Virus record (IMG/VR): IMGVR_UViG_3300034351_000048
Span: 16,225 to 80,224 of that record
DNA from: a virus
DNA length: 64,000 nucleotides
Reading direction: 5' to 3' (one strand)
The notes below the pieces were generated by a model, which ran no database searches, was not told where the DNA came from, and worked only from the letters and a program-made list of their open reading frames with translations. Position 1 is the stretch's first letter; each line of letters begins with the position of its first letter. Below, one piece after another: positions 20,597-32,019 of this stretch. A program made the position numbers and the translations under genes.

Positions 20597-23500
20597 ATGG
20601 CTAAAAATGTAGATGTTTCGATACATTTTCTAACAAAAGGTAAAGATGCTGTTTTAAACTCTATGAAGAGTATAACAGGTTCTATTGGGCATATGGCTAA
20701 AGTAGGTGCCGTTCAACTTGGTAATTTCTTCAAAGATTCTATTCAACTTGGCCAAGATTTTGAAATGGCTATTACACAAGTAGGAGTTACAGCGGGAGCT
20801 ACAGAAGAAGAATTTAATCAATTGTCTGAAGCCGCTAAAAAAGCAGGTGAAACAACTATGTTTACAGCCGTCGAATCCGCGGATGCTTTAAATAATTTAG
20901 CCTCTGCGGGTTTTGGTGTTAAAGGTTCTATAGATTTATTACAACCAACTTTAAAATTAGCAGTTGGAGGAAATTTAAGTTTAGAAAAATCATCTAAGGT
21001 TGTAACAGCCGCATTAAAAGGATTTGGAGTTGAAAGCGAAAATGCTGAGGGGCTTTTAGATAAATTATTAAAAACTACTCAAGTAAGTAGTATCAAAATG
21101 GGTGATTTAACGGCTGTTTTAGGTAATATGAGTGCTAAAGTAGTAGTATTCCAAGGGCACATTGAAGGTTTTATAGGGACTTCACTCGCAATGGCGGGTG
21201 CTTTAAAAGATTCAGGTATATCAGCAAGCAAGGCTGGGACTGATGTTGCGAGGTTAGTTGAGAGGTTTGGTGCGGCGGGTGAAAAGGAATCTGTAATAGC
21301 CAGTTTATTTGAAGGAGATGCGAAGGCTTTATTTGATACCGAAGGTAAAATGCTTGATGTTTTGGATATTGTAGATAAGTTTCAAGAAAAATTTAAAGGT
21401 TTTAAAAATGAAGGGTTATTATTTAAGGATTTAAATTCTACTTTTGAGAATTTAATGCCAAGATTCAATGAGTTATTACCTGACACTCAATCCGCATTAG
21501 ATGCTATAACTCAATTATACGCGGCTCATCCTGATCAATTAAAAAAAATAATGGAAACTTTTAATAAGACTTCTAAAGATTCTCAAAAGGATTTTTTAAT
21601 AGAGACACTTAATAAAAGTCAACAATCCTTAAATGCTTTAGGAAGACTTGGTACCGAAGGGGCTGTATCTTTTATAGGAAACTTGATAAAAGATAATGAG
21701 GAAATGTCAGAAAGATTCTTCAATAGTTTAGGCAAGTTTACAGATGCGGATACTTGGAACATAATGAAAGATTTATTAGGAACAAAAGGTCTTTCTACTT
21801 TCTTCACATTAGTTAATCAAGGAACTGATAACATAAGAGCTAACGCTAAAAAAATAAATGAAGCAAGTGGGGAATTAGCCGCGGCCGAAAAAAAGTTCAA
21901 TGATACTCTAAAAGGTCAAGTGGCTTTATTTCAATCGGCATGGCAAGGATTTCAATTAAGAACATCTGATCAATTACAAAGTACTATAAAAAATACTATA
22001 GGAGGCGTTAGAAATTTATTATTTGGTGGGGAAGAAGTTCAAATTCCAGTGGATTTAGGCCTGGATGAGGCTGATAAGTTTATAAGTCAAAAATTAAATG
22101 AAGGTTTTCAAAAAGTTGATGGAAAACTTGTAAAAAAAGGTTTGTTAGATTTAATTGATTTAGAAGCTATAGGAAACGCATTTAAAGGCCTTATGGATAG
22201 TGCTTTAAGTATGGCAAATAAACTTGTTCCAATTATAACAGATATATTTGATAAATTCAAAACAGGTGATTTTGGTGGAATTGTTACAATAATAATGGAT
22301 ATGGTAATTAAAGGATTAAATAAAATGGCTGAAAGGATACCCGCCATTATAAACTCTATTGCGGAAGCTTTACCTGGGATAATAACTTCCTTAGCAACAT
22401 CTTTGCCTAAAATAGCTACAGCTTTAACAAAGATATTAACTACTTTATTAAGTAGTTTTATAAAAGTATTACCGAATATAATAGAAGCAATATTAACAGA
22501 ATTACCTAAAATTATCGAGGCGATATTAACAGAATTACCTAAAATTGTTGAAATGTTAATTGGGTTATTACCTGATATTGTAGAATCTTTAAGTGCCTTA
22601 TTACCAAATCTTATTAATACTATAATAAGTGTTTTACCTCAAATAATAAATTCTATAATTCAACTATTGCCTACATTGATAAATAGTATTATAGGAATAT
22701 TACCAACGTTAATAAATGCTATTGTGGAATTATTACCTGGCCTTATTGCTGGTATTTTAGCTCTTTTACCAGGTTTAATTGAAAATATAATTGGGTTATT
22801 ACCAACATTGATTCAAGCTATAATATCCCTTATACCCGAACTTATTGGTGGTATAATTGAAGTTTTACCATATCTTATTCAATCTTTAGTAGAATTATTA
22901 CCTGGTATCATTACAGGGATTATTGATCTTTTACCTGGGTTGATAGAATCTATTATTTCACTATTACCAACATTAATTGAGGCTATTGTAACTTTAATAC
23001 CTACTTTAATAGATACAATAGTTAATTTAATTCCAATTATTATAAATTCTATTATTACAATGATACCAGAAATAATAAATTCAATAGTTGAGGCAATACC
23101 TCAAATTATAAATTCAATAGTCGAAGCTATTCCACAGATTATAACTTCTATATTAGATGCTTTGCCTGAAATAATAATGAGTATTATTGAAGCTATACCA
23201 GATATAATATTATCAATAGTTGAGGCAATACCTCAAATTATAACAGCAATAAATGAAAAAGCTCCTGATATAATATTAGCAATTTTAAAGGAACTTCCAA
23301 GAATAATTAAAGTCTTAGTGTTTGATTTACCTAAACAAATAATAGACGCGTTAATAGCTCAAGTTCCTAAATTAGCAACCGCGTTAGGTAAAGCCATATC
23401 TGGGGTTTTTAGTGGCATTAGTGGTTTTTTTGATAATTTATTTGGTAAAAGTGGCCCTCAAAAAAAAGCTAACGGTGGATTAATAACAGGCCCAAGTTCA

Positions 23501-23818
23501 CCATTAGATTCTATTCCAGCTTTATTAACAGGTGGCGAGTTTGTAGTAAATGCGGATTCTACAAGGAAATTTTTACCTTTATTGGAACAAATAAATACAA
23601 ACGGGTTTCCTAAATTCGCTACAGGTGGCAAGGTAGAATTACCAAATATTACACCTACAAATGTTACAAATATGGGAAGTGAAACACAAAATAAAAACGT
23701 TAGTTTAAGTATAGGTAATATAAGTATAAATGGTGTAAAGAGTGATATAAACGCATCAGAATTGGCTGCTATGATAAAGAAAGAAATAGCAGACGAATTA
23801 AATTTATTGATATCGTAG
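20597..23818 (+). CDS. tail tape measure protein (TP901-like core)
   Basis: FE.A...V....GAT.EEF..L..AA...G.TT.FTA.ESA.AL..LA.AG; 11-aa repeats; A.GG C-terminal motifs. Confidence 0.95.
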   Translation: MAKNVDVSIHFLTKGKDAVLNSMKSITGSIGHMAKVGAVQLGNFFKDSIQLGQDFEMAITQVGVTAGATEEEFNQLSEAAKKAGETTMFTAVESADALNNLASAGFGVKGSIDLLQPTLKLAVGGNLSLEKSSKVVTAALKGFGVESENAEGLLDKLLKTTQVSSIKMGDLTAVLGNMSAKVVVFQGHIEGFIGTSLAMAGALKDSGISASKAGTDVARLVERFGAAGEKESVIASLFEGDAKALFDTEGKMLDVLDIVDKFQEKFKGFKNEGLLFKDLNSTFENLMPRFNELLPDTQSALDAITQLYAAHPDQLKKIMETFNKTSKDSQKDFLIETLNKSQQSLNALGRLGTEGAVSFIGNLIKDNEEMSERFFNSLGKFTDADTWNIMKDLLGTKGLSTFFTLVNQGTDNIRANAKKINEASGELAAAEKKFNDTLKGQVALFQSAWQGFQLRTSDQLQSTIKNTIGGVRNLLFGGEEVQIPVDLGLDEADKFISQKLNEGFQKVDGKLVKKGLLDLIDLEAIGNAFKGLMDSALSMANKLVPIITDIFDKFKTGDFGGIVTIIMDMVIKGLNKMAERIPAIINSIAEALPGIITSLATSLPKIATALTKILTTLLSSFIKVLPNIIEAILTELPKIIEAILTELPKIVEMLIGLLPDIVESLSALLPNLINTIISVLPQIINSIIQLLPTLINSIIGILPTLINAIVELLPGLIAGILALLPGLIENIIGLLPTLIQAIISLIPELIGGIIEVLPYLIQSLVELLPGIITGIIDLLPGLIESIISLLPTLIEAIVTLIPTLIDTIVNLIPIIINSIITMIPEIINSIVEAIPQIINSIVEAIPQIITSILDALPEIIMSIIEAIPDIILSIVEAIPQIITAINEKAPDIILAILKELPRIIKVLVFDLPKQIIDALIAQVPKLATALGKAISGVFSGISGFFDNLFGKSGPQKKANGGLITGPSSPLDSIPALLTGGEFVVNADSTRKFLPLLEQINTNGFPKFATGGKVELPNITPTNVTNMGSETQNKNVSLSIGNISINGVKSDINASELAAMIKKEIADELNLLIS
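22330..23390 (+). repeat. about 30 degenerate 33-nt (11-aa) coding repeats in TMP (LPxIIxAIxEL)
   Basis: Proline periodicity of 11 residues in the translation. Confidence 0.85.
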
Positions 23819-23826
23819 GTTAAAAA

Positions 23827-25182
23827 ATGGCAAGAGTTACTTATGATTTAAAAATATACGATGGAACATTAACACCTAAGTTAAATATACCTGGAGTAAC
23901 AAAAGTTACTGTTAAACGTAAGCTTGAAGAACCAAGTGAAATAGAGATAATATTACCTACTTATGAGAATTTACCAAGAAAGTCAATAAAATTTGGAGAT
24001 AAAATAGTTTGGAAACGTGGTTATGATGATGAAAATGAAACGGTGTTTATAGGTTATGTTACAGAAATGACTGAAGAACAGCCTTATACGATAAGAGGGA
24101 AAGATATTCTATATTTTATTTTCAGAAATACAAATACAGTACCCCCTGTATTTAGAAGAACTGATTCTCTTTTATATATTAATGAATTTTTTTCAGAATT
24201 ATTAAAAGATCCTTCTCATAAAACAAGAATAAAAGTTGATTGGACATTAAAAAATAATTTTTTTCCAATGACACGGTTATTTTATACGTATGGAACTCCT
24301 AGTTATAAATTTTATTTTGATAGACTAAAATTAATAACAATACCGAGAATAAATTACTATATGGATTTTAATGATGAGGAAGAAGAGGTATTAACTTTTT
24401 TTGAAGATTTAAATTTAGTAGCAATACCTCGGGTTACTATTTCTGATAATAATATCATTTCAAAATCTTTAAAATTAAAAAAACAAGTTCAAAAAAATAT
24501 AAGGGTTTTTGTATATCAAGTATCGCCTTACACTGATTATAATGATGAAGGAAGAAAAAAATATGATTACAATGTGACTATGTATCCTCCAAGAGGATTT
24601 AATTACACATTGAAACAAAAAACTGACTTCCCTTCAATATATGAGATCGTAGAAACTGCTTCTAACGTGGTTGTTAATACTACTGTTGATTTGGCAAAAT
24701 CCCCATTAGATTTGACTCTTGTTGCAACAGATCTTGATCGGGATGCGTCAATGCGATTATATGCAGTAAAAAAAGAAAATGAAAAAGAAATTGTCACAAC
24801 TGGATTATTAAATCCCGATACATTAGAAGTAGAAATAGTAGAGTTTTATTTGAAAGTTAGTGATGTTAAAAGATTAAGAGATAATGCCATAGAAAAAGAA
24901 AGAGACCCGTTAACAGGAGAGGAAAGGGGCAGGTTTAATCCCAAGGATTATGCTATAGAACAATGGAAAAAACTTACATTGTTCAATGGGTTAGTAGGTG
25001 GAGAATTCACAATATTTGGTAAACCACTTGTAAAGCCTGGAGACAAAATTGATTTAATATTAACTAATTTAGAAGAATATCATTTTGGTCAATATGTCTC
25101 TGAAGTTGAGGATATAACCTATCAAGGTATAAAACAAAAAATAACTTTGAGAGAAAGGGATATAAATGAGTCAGCTAGTTAA
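23827..25182 (+). CDS. baseplate hub (gpD / late control D-like)
   Basis: GDKI....GYD....VFIGYV; G.FTIFGKP.VKPGDKI. Confidence 0.8.
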   Translation: MARVTYDLKIYDGTLTPKLNIPGVTKVTVKRKLEEPSEIEIILPTYENLPRKSIKFGDKIVWKRGYDDENETVFIGYVTEMTEEQPYTIRGKDILYFIFRNTNTVPPVFRRTDSLLYINEFFSELLKDPSHKTRIKVDWTLKNNFFPMTRLFYTYGTPSYKFYFDRLKLITIPRINYYMDFNDEEEEVLTFFEDLNLVAIPRVTISDNNIISKSLKLKKQVQKNIRVFVYQVSPYTDYNDEGRKKYDYNVTMYPPRGFNYTLKQKTDFPSIYEIVETASNVVVNTTVDLAKSPLDLTLVATDLDRDASMRLYAVKKENEKEIVTTGLLNPDTLEVEIVEFYLKVSDVKRLRDNAIEKERDPLTGEERGRFNPKDYAIEQWKKLTLFNGLVGGEFTIFGKPLVKPGDKIDLILTNLEEYHFGQYVSEVEDITYQGIKQKITLRERDINESAS

Positions 25183-25882
25183 TTCTATACAAAAAGCTAT
25201 ATATAAAACAATGGATAAACAATGTAAAATAATTGTAGGTACTATAACTGAAATCGACGAGGAAAATTATTCATGTACTATTGAATCAGGGGAAAAAACA
25301 TATCAAGGAGTTGAATTAGATACTATCCATTTAGAAGAAGAGAATAAGTTGTTTAGGAGTATTATAATAATACCTGAAATAAGCTCTTATTGTGTAGCTA
25401 TATCATACAGAGACGATCAAATAAGTTTAATATCGGCTAAATTGATAGATAGGATTTTAATTGGTAATAAAGAAAATGATTTTGTTTTCACTATAGATAT
25501 AATAAACAATACTTTTGATTTACAAAGTGGGGAAGATATAAACATTAATATAACAGATAGTACTATAAATATTACAAATAAAAATTCAAGTGCGGTTTTA
25601 GAAAACGATAAAATAACTGTTAATTCTACAGCATTAGAACTAAATGGAAACGGTGAATCCGCACCTTTAGGGGATACTATATCAAGTGCCTTAGCTTCTA
25701 CTTTAGGATATATAAGTGACACTTTAGGATTTATTACATCACATACACATGTTGATCCTATAAGTGGATTATTGCCTATAAACCCTGCGGATATACCATT
25801 TATAACCGCAAAACAAGGAGAAGTTTCGGCGTTACAAGGACAAGAAAGCACGTGGAAAAGCACAAAAACGAAATTGGAGTAA
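25166..25882 (+). CDS. baseplate central spike (gpV / Mu gp45-like)
   Basis: OB-fold-like N-terminus, beta-repeat, HTH (HxH) iron-binding tip motif. Confidence 0.8.
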   Translation: MSQLVNSIQKAIYKTMDKQCKIIVGTITEIDEENYSCTIESGEKTYQGVELDTIHLEEENKLFRSIIIIPEISSYCVAISYRDDQISLISAKLIDRILIGNKENDFVFTIDIINNTFDLQSGEDININITDSTINITNKNSSAVLENDKITVNSTALELNGNGESAPLGDTISSALASTLGYISDTLGFITSHTHVDPISGLLPINPADIPFITAKQGEVSALQGQESTWKSTKTKLE

Positions 25883-25888
25883 TTTAAA

Positions 25889-26503
25889 ATGGCTACAAAT
25901 TTACCATTAACGTTAAACGATCCTACATATTTATCACAACTTGGTGTTGCTTCTTATGACAATACAAGAATTTATGTTCCAACGGGTTATACTGATGAGT
26001 ATATTAATCAAGAATTTTGGGAAAATAGAGTTGTAATTAATGGTAATATAATAAATTTTCCAATTTCTATTACAAATATGACTGCTAAAAACAGAATATT
26101 TGAATACCCTGTAGAATCTGGATTAGGAAACGGGTTAGAATTTTCAGGTAGGGATCCTTATTCTTTTACTATAAATATTAAAATTCTTGATGATACTACG
26201 TATACATACGAAAGTTCTTTAAATCTGATATTAAATCTATTAAATACATCTGTTAATGAACAATTAACCATAGTGCATCCTTTATTACTACAACATGGAA
26301 TAAATCAATTTTATGTGTTAGGTTGGTCTAAAACAGATATAGATAGAACAAGTGAGATTAATATTAGTTGTAAAGAATACAGAGATAATTTTGTAGAATT
26401 TTTAGGTTCGTTTATTTATGAAAATGATGAACAAGATATTAATAATAATTTAAATCCAACATTAATTGATGAGTTTACAAATTATTTAGAATCTTTATCT
26501 TAA
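25889..26503 (+). CDS. putative tail tube initiator / baseplate protein
   Basis: Synteny; EFSG...F.I.I...I.HPLL...GI pattern. Confidence 0.55.
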   Translation: MATNLPLTLNDPTYLSQLGVASYDNTRIYVPTGYTDEYINQEFWENRVVINGNIINFPISITNMTAKNRIFEYPVESGLGNGLEFSGRDPYSFTINIKILDDTTYTYESSLNLILNLLNTSVNEQLTIVHPLLLQHGINQFYVLGWSKTDIDRTSEINISCKEYRDNFVEFLGSFIYENDEQDINNNLNPTLIDEFTNYLESLS

Positions 26504-26512
26504 GGAGGAAAA

Positions 26513-26872
26513 ATGCTTGATTGGGATTTAGTTAAAGAAACGAGTGAAGAAACGGGAGTAATAGCAGGCGATATTATTATAAATTCCAAAGGTGATATAA
26601 AAACTATAGGTGATTATACATCAGAATCTTATACAAATCTATTAACTGGAAATAATATTCTTAATGGGTTAATATGGGAAAGAACGGCTATTTTTAATTT
26701 ATATAGAACTGATATAAGTGCGGCTATGACTTATATAGAAAGTTTATATGAAACAAATAATAAAATACAAAGTATAATTGTTAGTTTAGATACGGATACA
26801 AATACTTTAATTATTACTTATACTACAAACAACGAATCAAATTTATTGGAGGTGCAGTTAAGTGGCATTTAG
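26513..26872 (+). CDS. baseplate wedge protein (gpW / gp46-like)
   Basis: GDI...GDI.T pattern; immediately before baseplate J. Confidence 0.6.
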   Translation: MLDWDLVKETSEETGVIAGDIIINSKGDIKTIGDYTSESYTNLLTGNNILNGLIWERTAIFNLYRTDISAAMTYIESLYETNNKIQSIIVSLDTDTNTLIITYTTNNESNLLEVQLSGI

Positions 26873-27977
26873 TAGACCTACAATTGACGATATAAAAGCC
26901 GATTATATAGCGGCTGCGGTTTCTAATTTTCCAGAAGCAAGTGCTATACTTGATTGGAGTAATTTTTCTATTATAAGGGGGCATTCTCTTGCCTTTGTAG
27001 TAATGACAGATAAATTATATGAAAATTTAGAACAAGCAAGAAATGATATTTGGTATGATACAGCATCCGAGGATGCATTAGAGCAACATTTGGAAGATAA
27101 AGGTTTAACAAGAGGTGTTGCAACAAAAGCAAGTGGAACCGTAAGAATAGGTAGTACAACTTTACCTACAAGTACCATAACAATACCTGGACTTTTTCAG
27201 GTTTCTACAAGCGATGAAACGCCAATAGTCTTTGAAACTGATGAACAAGTAACAATAAGCCCGGCTACTCCTGTTGATGGATTAGGATATTATACCGTTG
27301 AAGTCGATGTAACAGCTTTTCAAGCAGGCAGTGATGGGAATACAGTTCAGGGTGCTATAAATACAGTAGTTACAAGTTTAGCGGGTGTAAATATAGTGTA
27401 TTCAACAACCGTAACAGGTGGTGGAACTGATGAAGAAAGTATCGCTTCCATGAGAGAAAGACTTAAAAACGTTATAACTCCTGCACCACACACTAAAAGT
27501 TGGTATATAACTGAAGCAAGCAATTTTGCTTTTATAAAAGATGCTTATGTAGAATGTTCTTCAGAAGGCAATGGTCATGTAAATATATTCTTAGCGGGGG
27601 TAGCTTCCTTATCTCCTGCTCAAATACAAGAAGTTGAAGATTATTTTAACGATCCTGAACAAAGCGAATGTGTTGCTAATGTAGTTACTGCAAGTGAAGT
27701 TATGGATGTTCCAATTAATATTACTATAAATGTTTATAGAACGGATACAAGTGTGGATGTAACCACTATACAAAACGCAATAGATGGATTCTTTACTACT
27801 TTAGGTGTTAAAGAAGATTTTGTTTTGAGTGCATGTGCGGGTTATATAAGAGATAATGTAGATTATATTTACGATATAACATTTACATTACCAACCGCAA
27901 ATGTGGTTATAAATGCGGGGGAAGTAGCTACATTGAACACCTTAAATGTAAATCTTATTGATACTACAAATGATTAA
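26862..27977 (+). CDS. baseplate J-like protein
   Basis: DTA....L....GLTR..AT.A.G, A.QAG..GN, GGTDEES...RER. Confidence 0.92.
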   Translation: MAFSRPTIDDIKADYIAAAVSNFPEASAILDWSNFSIIRGHSLAFVVMTDKLYENLEQARNDIWYDTASEDALEQHLEDKGLTRGVATKASGTVRIGSTTLPTSTITIPGLFQVSTSDETPIVFETDEQVTISPATPVDGLGYYTVEVDVTAFQAGSDGNTVQGAINTVVTSLAGVNIVYSTTVTGGGTDEESIASMRERLKNVITPAPHTKSWYITEASNFAFIKDAYVECSSEGNGHVNIFLAGVASLSPAQIQEVEDYFNDPEQSECVANVVTASEVMDVPINITINVYRTDTSVDVTTIQNAIDGFFTTLGVKEDFVLSACAGYIRDNVDYIYDITFTLPTANVVINAGEVATLNTLNVNLIDTTND

Positions 27978-27988
27978 GGGGAAATTAG

Positions 27989-29362
27989 ATGTATAGTTTT
28001 AATTTAGATGATATAAAAAAAGATGAAAATTTTCCTAAAAATCTTAATGTGTTAGAATATGATTATTTAAATAATACAAACTTAAATAAACCAAATTCTA
28101 TTAAATTATTAGAAACGGATTATAATTTCAGTGATCCTGCAAATGACAATATTAATGATTATGTATATAACGCTATTTTTATTACAACTGCAACCGGAAC
28201 AGACTTAGATAATTTGGGTAGAAACTTAGGTATACCAAGAATTTCAGGCGAAAGTGATAATGATTACAGATTTAGGCTATTAGGTTTAACGGGATTATTT
28301 GATGGATATGCTTATGTTCAAAAAATATTGGATTATTTCACATATTTTGGAGAAACTGTAAATTTTTGGTATAAATATTTTTTTGTTAAAAGAAAAAGTA
28401 TGTATGATAATGCCATGTGTTTTGATATTGACGCAGGATCTAATCTTGAGGATAATTTAGCAAATGGTATACCTCTTACAGTAGCTTCTTATCTTAATTA
28501 TACAATAAGATTCGATTTAGACCCTAAGGTTACAACATTAGCAGGGGGTTCTACATACTCCCCTGTTTTAGATAGTGTTATAAGTGGATTAGTTTTAAAT
28601 GATTATACAGGATTAGACTTTTTAACACAAGCTGAAATTGATGCGCATATCTTAGCTATAAGTAAGTTAGCAAAGATATGCTCAAAATTTATTGTTACAC
28701 CTACACAAGTTCATATACCAGATCATAATTGGAATTTACAAGAAACAAGTGGAACTGATGTTTTTGATACAGGTTTTGTTGGTAGAAATGGAACAAATAC
28801 AAACGCTACTGTAAATAATGCGGGTGTGTCTACAAATCATAAAAGTTATTATTTCGGTGGAACAGCTTATCTTAAACATGATACAATTCCATCTTATCAT
28901 AATTTCTTTTATTCAATTTGGATAAATACTACAAATACAAGTGGAAATATAATTAATATTGTTGATACAAGTGGAAACTTAGATTGGGAACTTAAATTAA
29001 ATACTAATGTATTAAGATTAGTCGTAGATAGGTTTGAAGGTTCACCATTAACTTACGATGGAACAACTACAGTGAATGATGGAAATTGGCATCATATTGT
29101 TATAAAGAGTGATAATGATAAATTTTATTTATATATAGATACAGTTGAAGAATTCACACAAGATAAAACATTAACAAATTTATCAAAATGGGCTTATACA
29201 AGTAAGGCTGTAGAAATATATCATGGTGTAAGTTATGAAGGTGCTTCTTTAAATAATTACATCAATAATACATATATGGAAAATATTCAATTTATTACAA
29301 ACCCGTTATCATTGGCTTATGTAGATTATTATTACAATAATGGTGATGGAAGATTATTATAA
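27989..29362 (+). CDS. baseplate gpI-like protein fused to LamG/concanavalin domain
   Basis: TATG.DLD.LG...R..GESD.DYR.R; S.WI.T...NDGNWHHIV...LYID. Confidence 0.8.
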   Translation: MYSFNLDDIKKDENFPKNLNVLEYDYLNNTNLNKPNSIKLLETDYNFSDPANDNINDYVYNAIFITTATGTDLDNLGRNLGIPRISGESDNDYRFRLLGLTGLFDGYAYVQKILDYFTYFGETVNFWYKYFFVKRKSMYDNAMCFDIDAGSNLEDNLANGIPLTVASYLNYTIRFDLDPKVTTLAGGSTYSPVLDSVISGLVLNDYTGLDFLTQAEIDAHILAISKLAKICSKFIVTPTQVHIPDHNWNLQETSGTDVFDTGFVGRNGTNTNATVNNAGVSTNHKSYYFGGTAYLKHDTIPSYHNFFYSIWINTTNTSGNIINIVDTSGNLDWELKLNTNVLRLVVDRFEGSPLTYDGTTTVNDGNWHHIVIKSDNDKFYLYIDTVEEFTQDKTLTNLSKWAYTSKAVEIYHGVSYEGASLNNYINNTYMENIQFITNPLSLAYVDYYYNNGDGRLL

Positions 29363-29376
29363 AACGGAGGATATGA

Positions 29377-32019
29377 ATGAGTACAAGTTTAGATAAATAT
29401 TCAAAATATAGAGATTCTTTAGGTGTTAAATTACCTATCAAACAATTTGTGGAAGATTTTGAATTAAACAGAGACAACTTCTTAGATATGTCTCAAAATA
29501 TACGTGAAGATTTAATAAATGATGGAATTTTAAGTGGATTATTAGGTTCAGGTGCAACTACTTCTCAATTCGACTTATCAACTGGGTATTTTCAACAAAC
29601 AAATATAAGAAGTGGATTAGAAACTATTTATAATTTAGATGTATCCTTATATGTGGATGATACTTATTATGTATATATCAATAATGCAGAAACTACATTA
29701 AATATATCTGTTCCACAAGATCCAGTATTAACATCACACCCTTACATACAAAATCAAGGAACTGTAACTGTAAGTTCTAATGACGCTTTATCTGGAATAA
29801 AGGTATGTAGTTTTATAACCGTAAGTGGTGTAATATCGAGTGTTGATAATAATACCTTTAGAGATATAGCCACAATAAAAACTGTAACGGATGATACAAA
29901 AGTTGAATCAGATACACCTAATTCATATACATCGGGTGTGACAATTACTCAAGGCGTTCAAGCTGATTGGGGAATAAATGCGAGTAATATTTATAGTGAT
30001 GTTATAGTAATAACTTATAAAACGGATTCTGATAATATAGTAACACAAAAAGTCTCTGGATTTGATTCAAGTTCAAGTGGGGATTTAAGACCTATAGCTA
30101 CAAGAACTTCTACAAGTGGTTCAGCTTGGAGTAGTTGGTATATATCAGGTATAAGCACTACAAATTGGGAATTTTTACACACAACTCAAGCGGGTAATGC
30201 TGATTTAGTAATGGCAAAAGATGGAAGTGGTGATTTAACATTTAAAAAATTAGAAAATGATAATTTCGATTACAATAGAAATAGAACTGTATCTGTAACT
30301 GTCGCGGCTTACAATTCAACTGCAAAAGATAAAGCAACAGCTGACTATGTGTGTGATGGAACATCTGATGAGGTAGAAATAAACGCCGCGATTGTAGAAA
30401 CCGGGGCTGCCAATGGGGGTATCGTAATGTTATTGCCCGGAACATATGCATTAGATGATACAATTGATATTACTTATGACGATGTATATCTAAAAGGAAG
30501 TGGTAAGCAATCTACAGATATAAAAACAGTTGTTAGTGATACTTTCCATTCTATAGAAATTCAAGGTGCCTCGAATATAGTTGTTTCGGATTTAGCTATT
30601 ACAAGAGCTGATTCTACTGGTTATGGTATACGTTGTGTTAATGCCATAGGAACTAATAGAATACAAGTAAATAATTGTCATATAGAAGGTGGGGCTTATA
30701 ATGTAGCTATAGATTCAAATCAATTTTGTAATATTACAAATTGTGAATTAGAAGCGGATACTTCGGCTATTTTTGTAAATGACGGCGATAATATAGAAAT
30801 TTCAAGTAATAATTTCACAAATACATCCACTCCTATTTCTATTAGTGTAGTAGGATTATCACCTTCTAAACTTAAAATTTTAAACAACTATTCTGTATCA
30901 GATCAGTTTTTGACAATGACAGGTTGCGATGATAGTGTTATTTCAGGTAATACCCAAATTGCGGGAAATGATACGGCGATAGAATTAATCTCAAGCGATA
31001 ACAATCATATTATTAATAACAATATATCTACTTCTACAACTTATGGTGCTATTGAAATAACAGGAACAAGTGAGGGTAATATTATTTCTGAAAATATTAT
31101 AGAGAATAGAAGTTATGGTATTTTATTTAGTAATTCTACAGCGGGAAACAAATATTACAATAAAATCCAAAACAATGTTTTCAATGATATGAATGGAACT
31201 ATAATTACGCTTACATCTGAGTGCTTTAATACTGAAATAAACTCAAACAAGTTTATAGGTTCTAATGTTGCAGCGGCTGAACATGGTATATCCGCTACAA
31301 GTGATGATAATACAGTTATACAAAACAACCAATTTACAGAATTTGCAAGTGGGTTAAGTAGTGCTTTAATAGTATGTACTGGTAGCTCTGTTTTAAAAAT
31401 ACATAATAATACATTGATTGATAATTCTGCAAGTAACATACGATTAACAGGGTGTAGTAATACACAAGTTACATCTAACTATATTACGAGTGGAACTAAT
31501 GGTATATATATAGAAAATGGTACTTATCATCAAATAAGTAATAATCATATTTTAAGTGTAGCAAATGAAGGTATATTATGTACTAATACAGGTGGTGCGG
31601 GTGATGACAGTATAATAACAGGAAATATTATATATAATGCTTCCTCAGATGGGATAGGATTATCTGGAAATAATATAACTATAACAGGAAATGGTATTAC
31701 TCATTGTTCAGGATATGGGGTAAGGATATATACAAGTGGTAATTATTGCACTGTAACTGGAAATACCATTACAGATAACGGTAATGCTGGGATTTATGTG
31801 GGTGATGGGGATTATAATACAGTAACAGGTAATAGTCTTTATAATAACACAACATATGAAATTTGGGTAAGAGGTAGTGGATTAAGAAATACAATCACAG
31901 GGAATAATTGTAGAGCGGGTATCATACAAATAGACGGCGATTATAACGCGATTGTTTCAAATATAGCTACTGTCAACAATACAGGTACAGGTAATCAATT
32001 ATCTACAAATATTGTATAA
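29377..32019 (+). CDS. tail spike / receptor-binding protein with right-handed beta-helix (pectin lyase-like depolymerase)
   Basis: ADYVCDGT.D.VEINAAI...GG.V.LLPGTY; many parallel beta-helix (ITGN) repeats. Confidence 0.88.
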   Translation: MSTSLDKYSKYRDSLGVKLPIKQFVEDFELNRDNFLDMSQNIREDLINDGILSGLLGSGATTSQFDLSTGYFQQTNIRSGLETIYNLDVSLYVDDTYYVYINNAETTLNISVPQDPVLTSHPYIQNQGTVTVSSNDALSGIKVCSFITVSGVISSVDNNTFRDIATIKTVTDDTKVESDTPNSYTSGVTITQGVQADWGINASNIYSDVIVITYKTDSDNIVTQKVSGFDSSSSGDLRPIATRTSTSGSAWSSWYISGISTTNWEFLHTTQAGNADLVMAKDGSGDLTFKKLENDNFDYNRNRTVSVTVAAYNSTAKDKATADYVCDGTSDEVEINAAIVETGAANGGIVMLLPGTYALDDTIDITYDDVYLKGSGKQSTDIKTVVSDTFHSIEIQGASNIVVSDLAITRADSTGYGIRCVNAIGTNRIQVNNCHIEGGAYNVAIDSNQFCNITNCELEADTSAIFVNDGDNIEISSNNFTNTSTPISISVVGLSPSKLKILNNYSVSDQFLTMTGCDDSVISGNTQIAGNDTAIELISSDNNHIINNNISTSTTYGAIEITGTSEGNIISENIIENRSYGILFSNSTAGNKYYNKIQNNVFNDMNGTIITLTSECFNTEINSNKFIGSNVAAAEHGISATSDDNTVIQNNQFTEFASGLSSALIVCTGSSVLKIHNNTLIDNSASNIRLTGCSNTQVTSNYITSGTNGIYIENGTYHQISNNHILSVANEGILCTNTGGAGDDSIITGNIIYNASSDGIGLSGNNITITGNGITHCSGYGVRIYTSGNYCTVTGNTITDNGNAGIYVGDGDYNTVTGNSLYNNTTYEIWVRGSGLRNTITGNNCRAGIIQIDGDYNAIVSNIATVNNTGTGNQLSTNIV

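Noticed and set aside
22330-23390. TMP 11-residue repeats as a novel repeat system
   Set aside because: 11-residue periodicity is a known property of tape measure proteins
29377-32019. Diversity-generating retroelement acting on the spike
   Set aside because: No reverse transcriptase and no template/variable repeat pair seen
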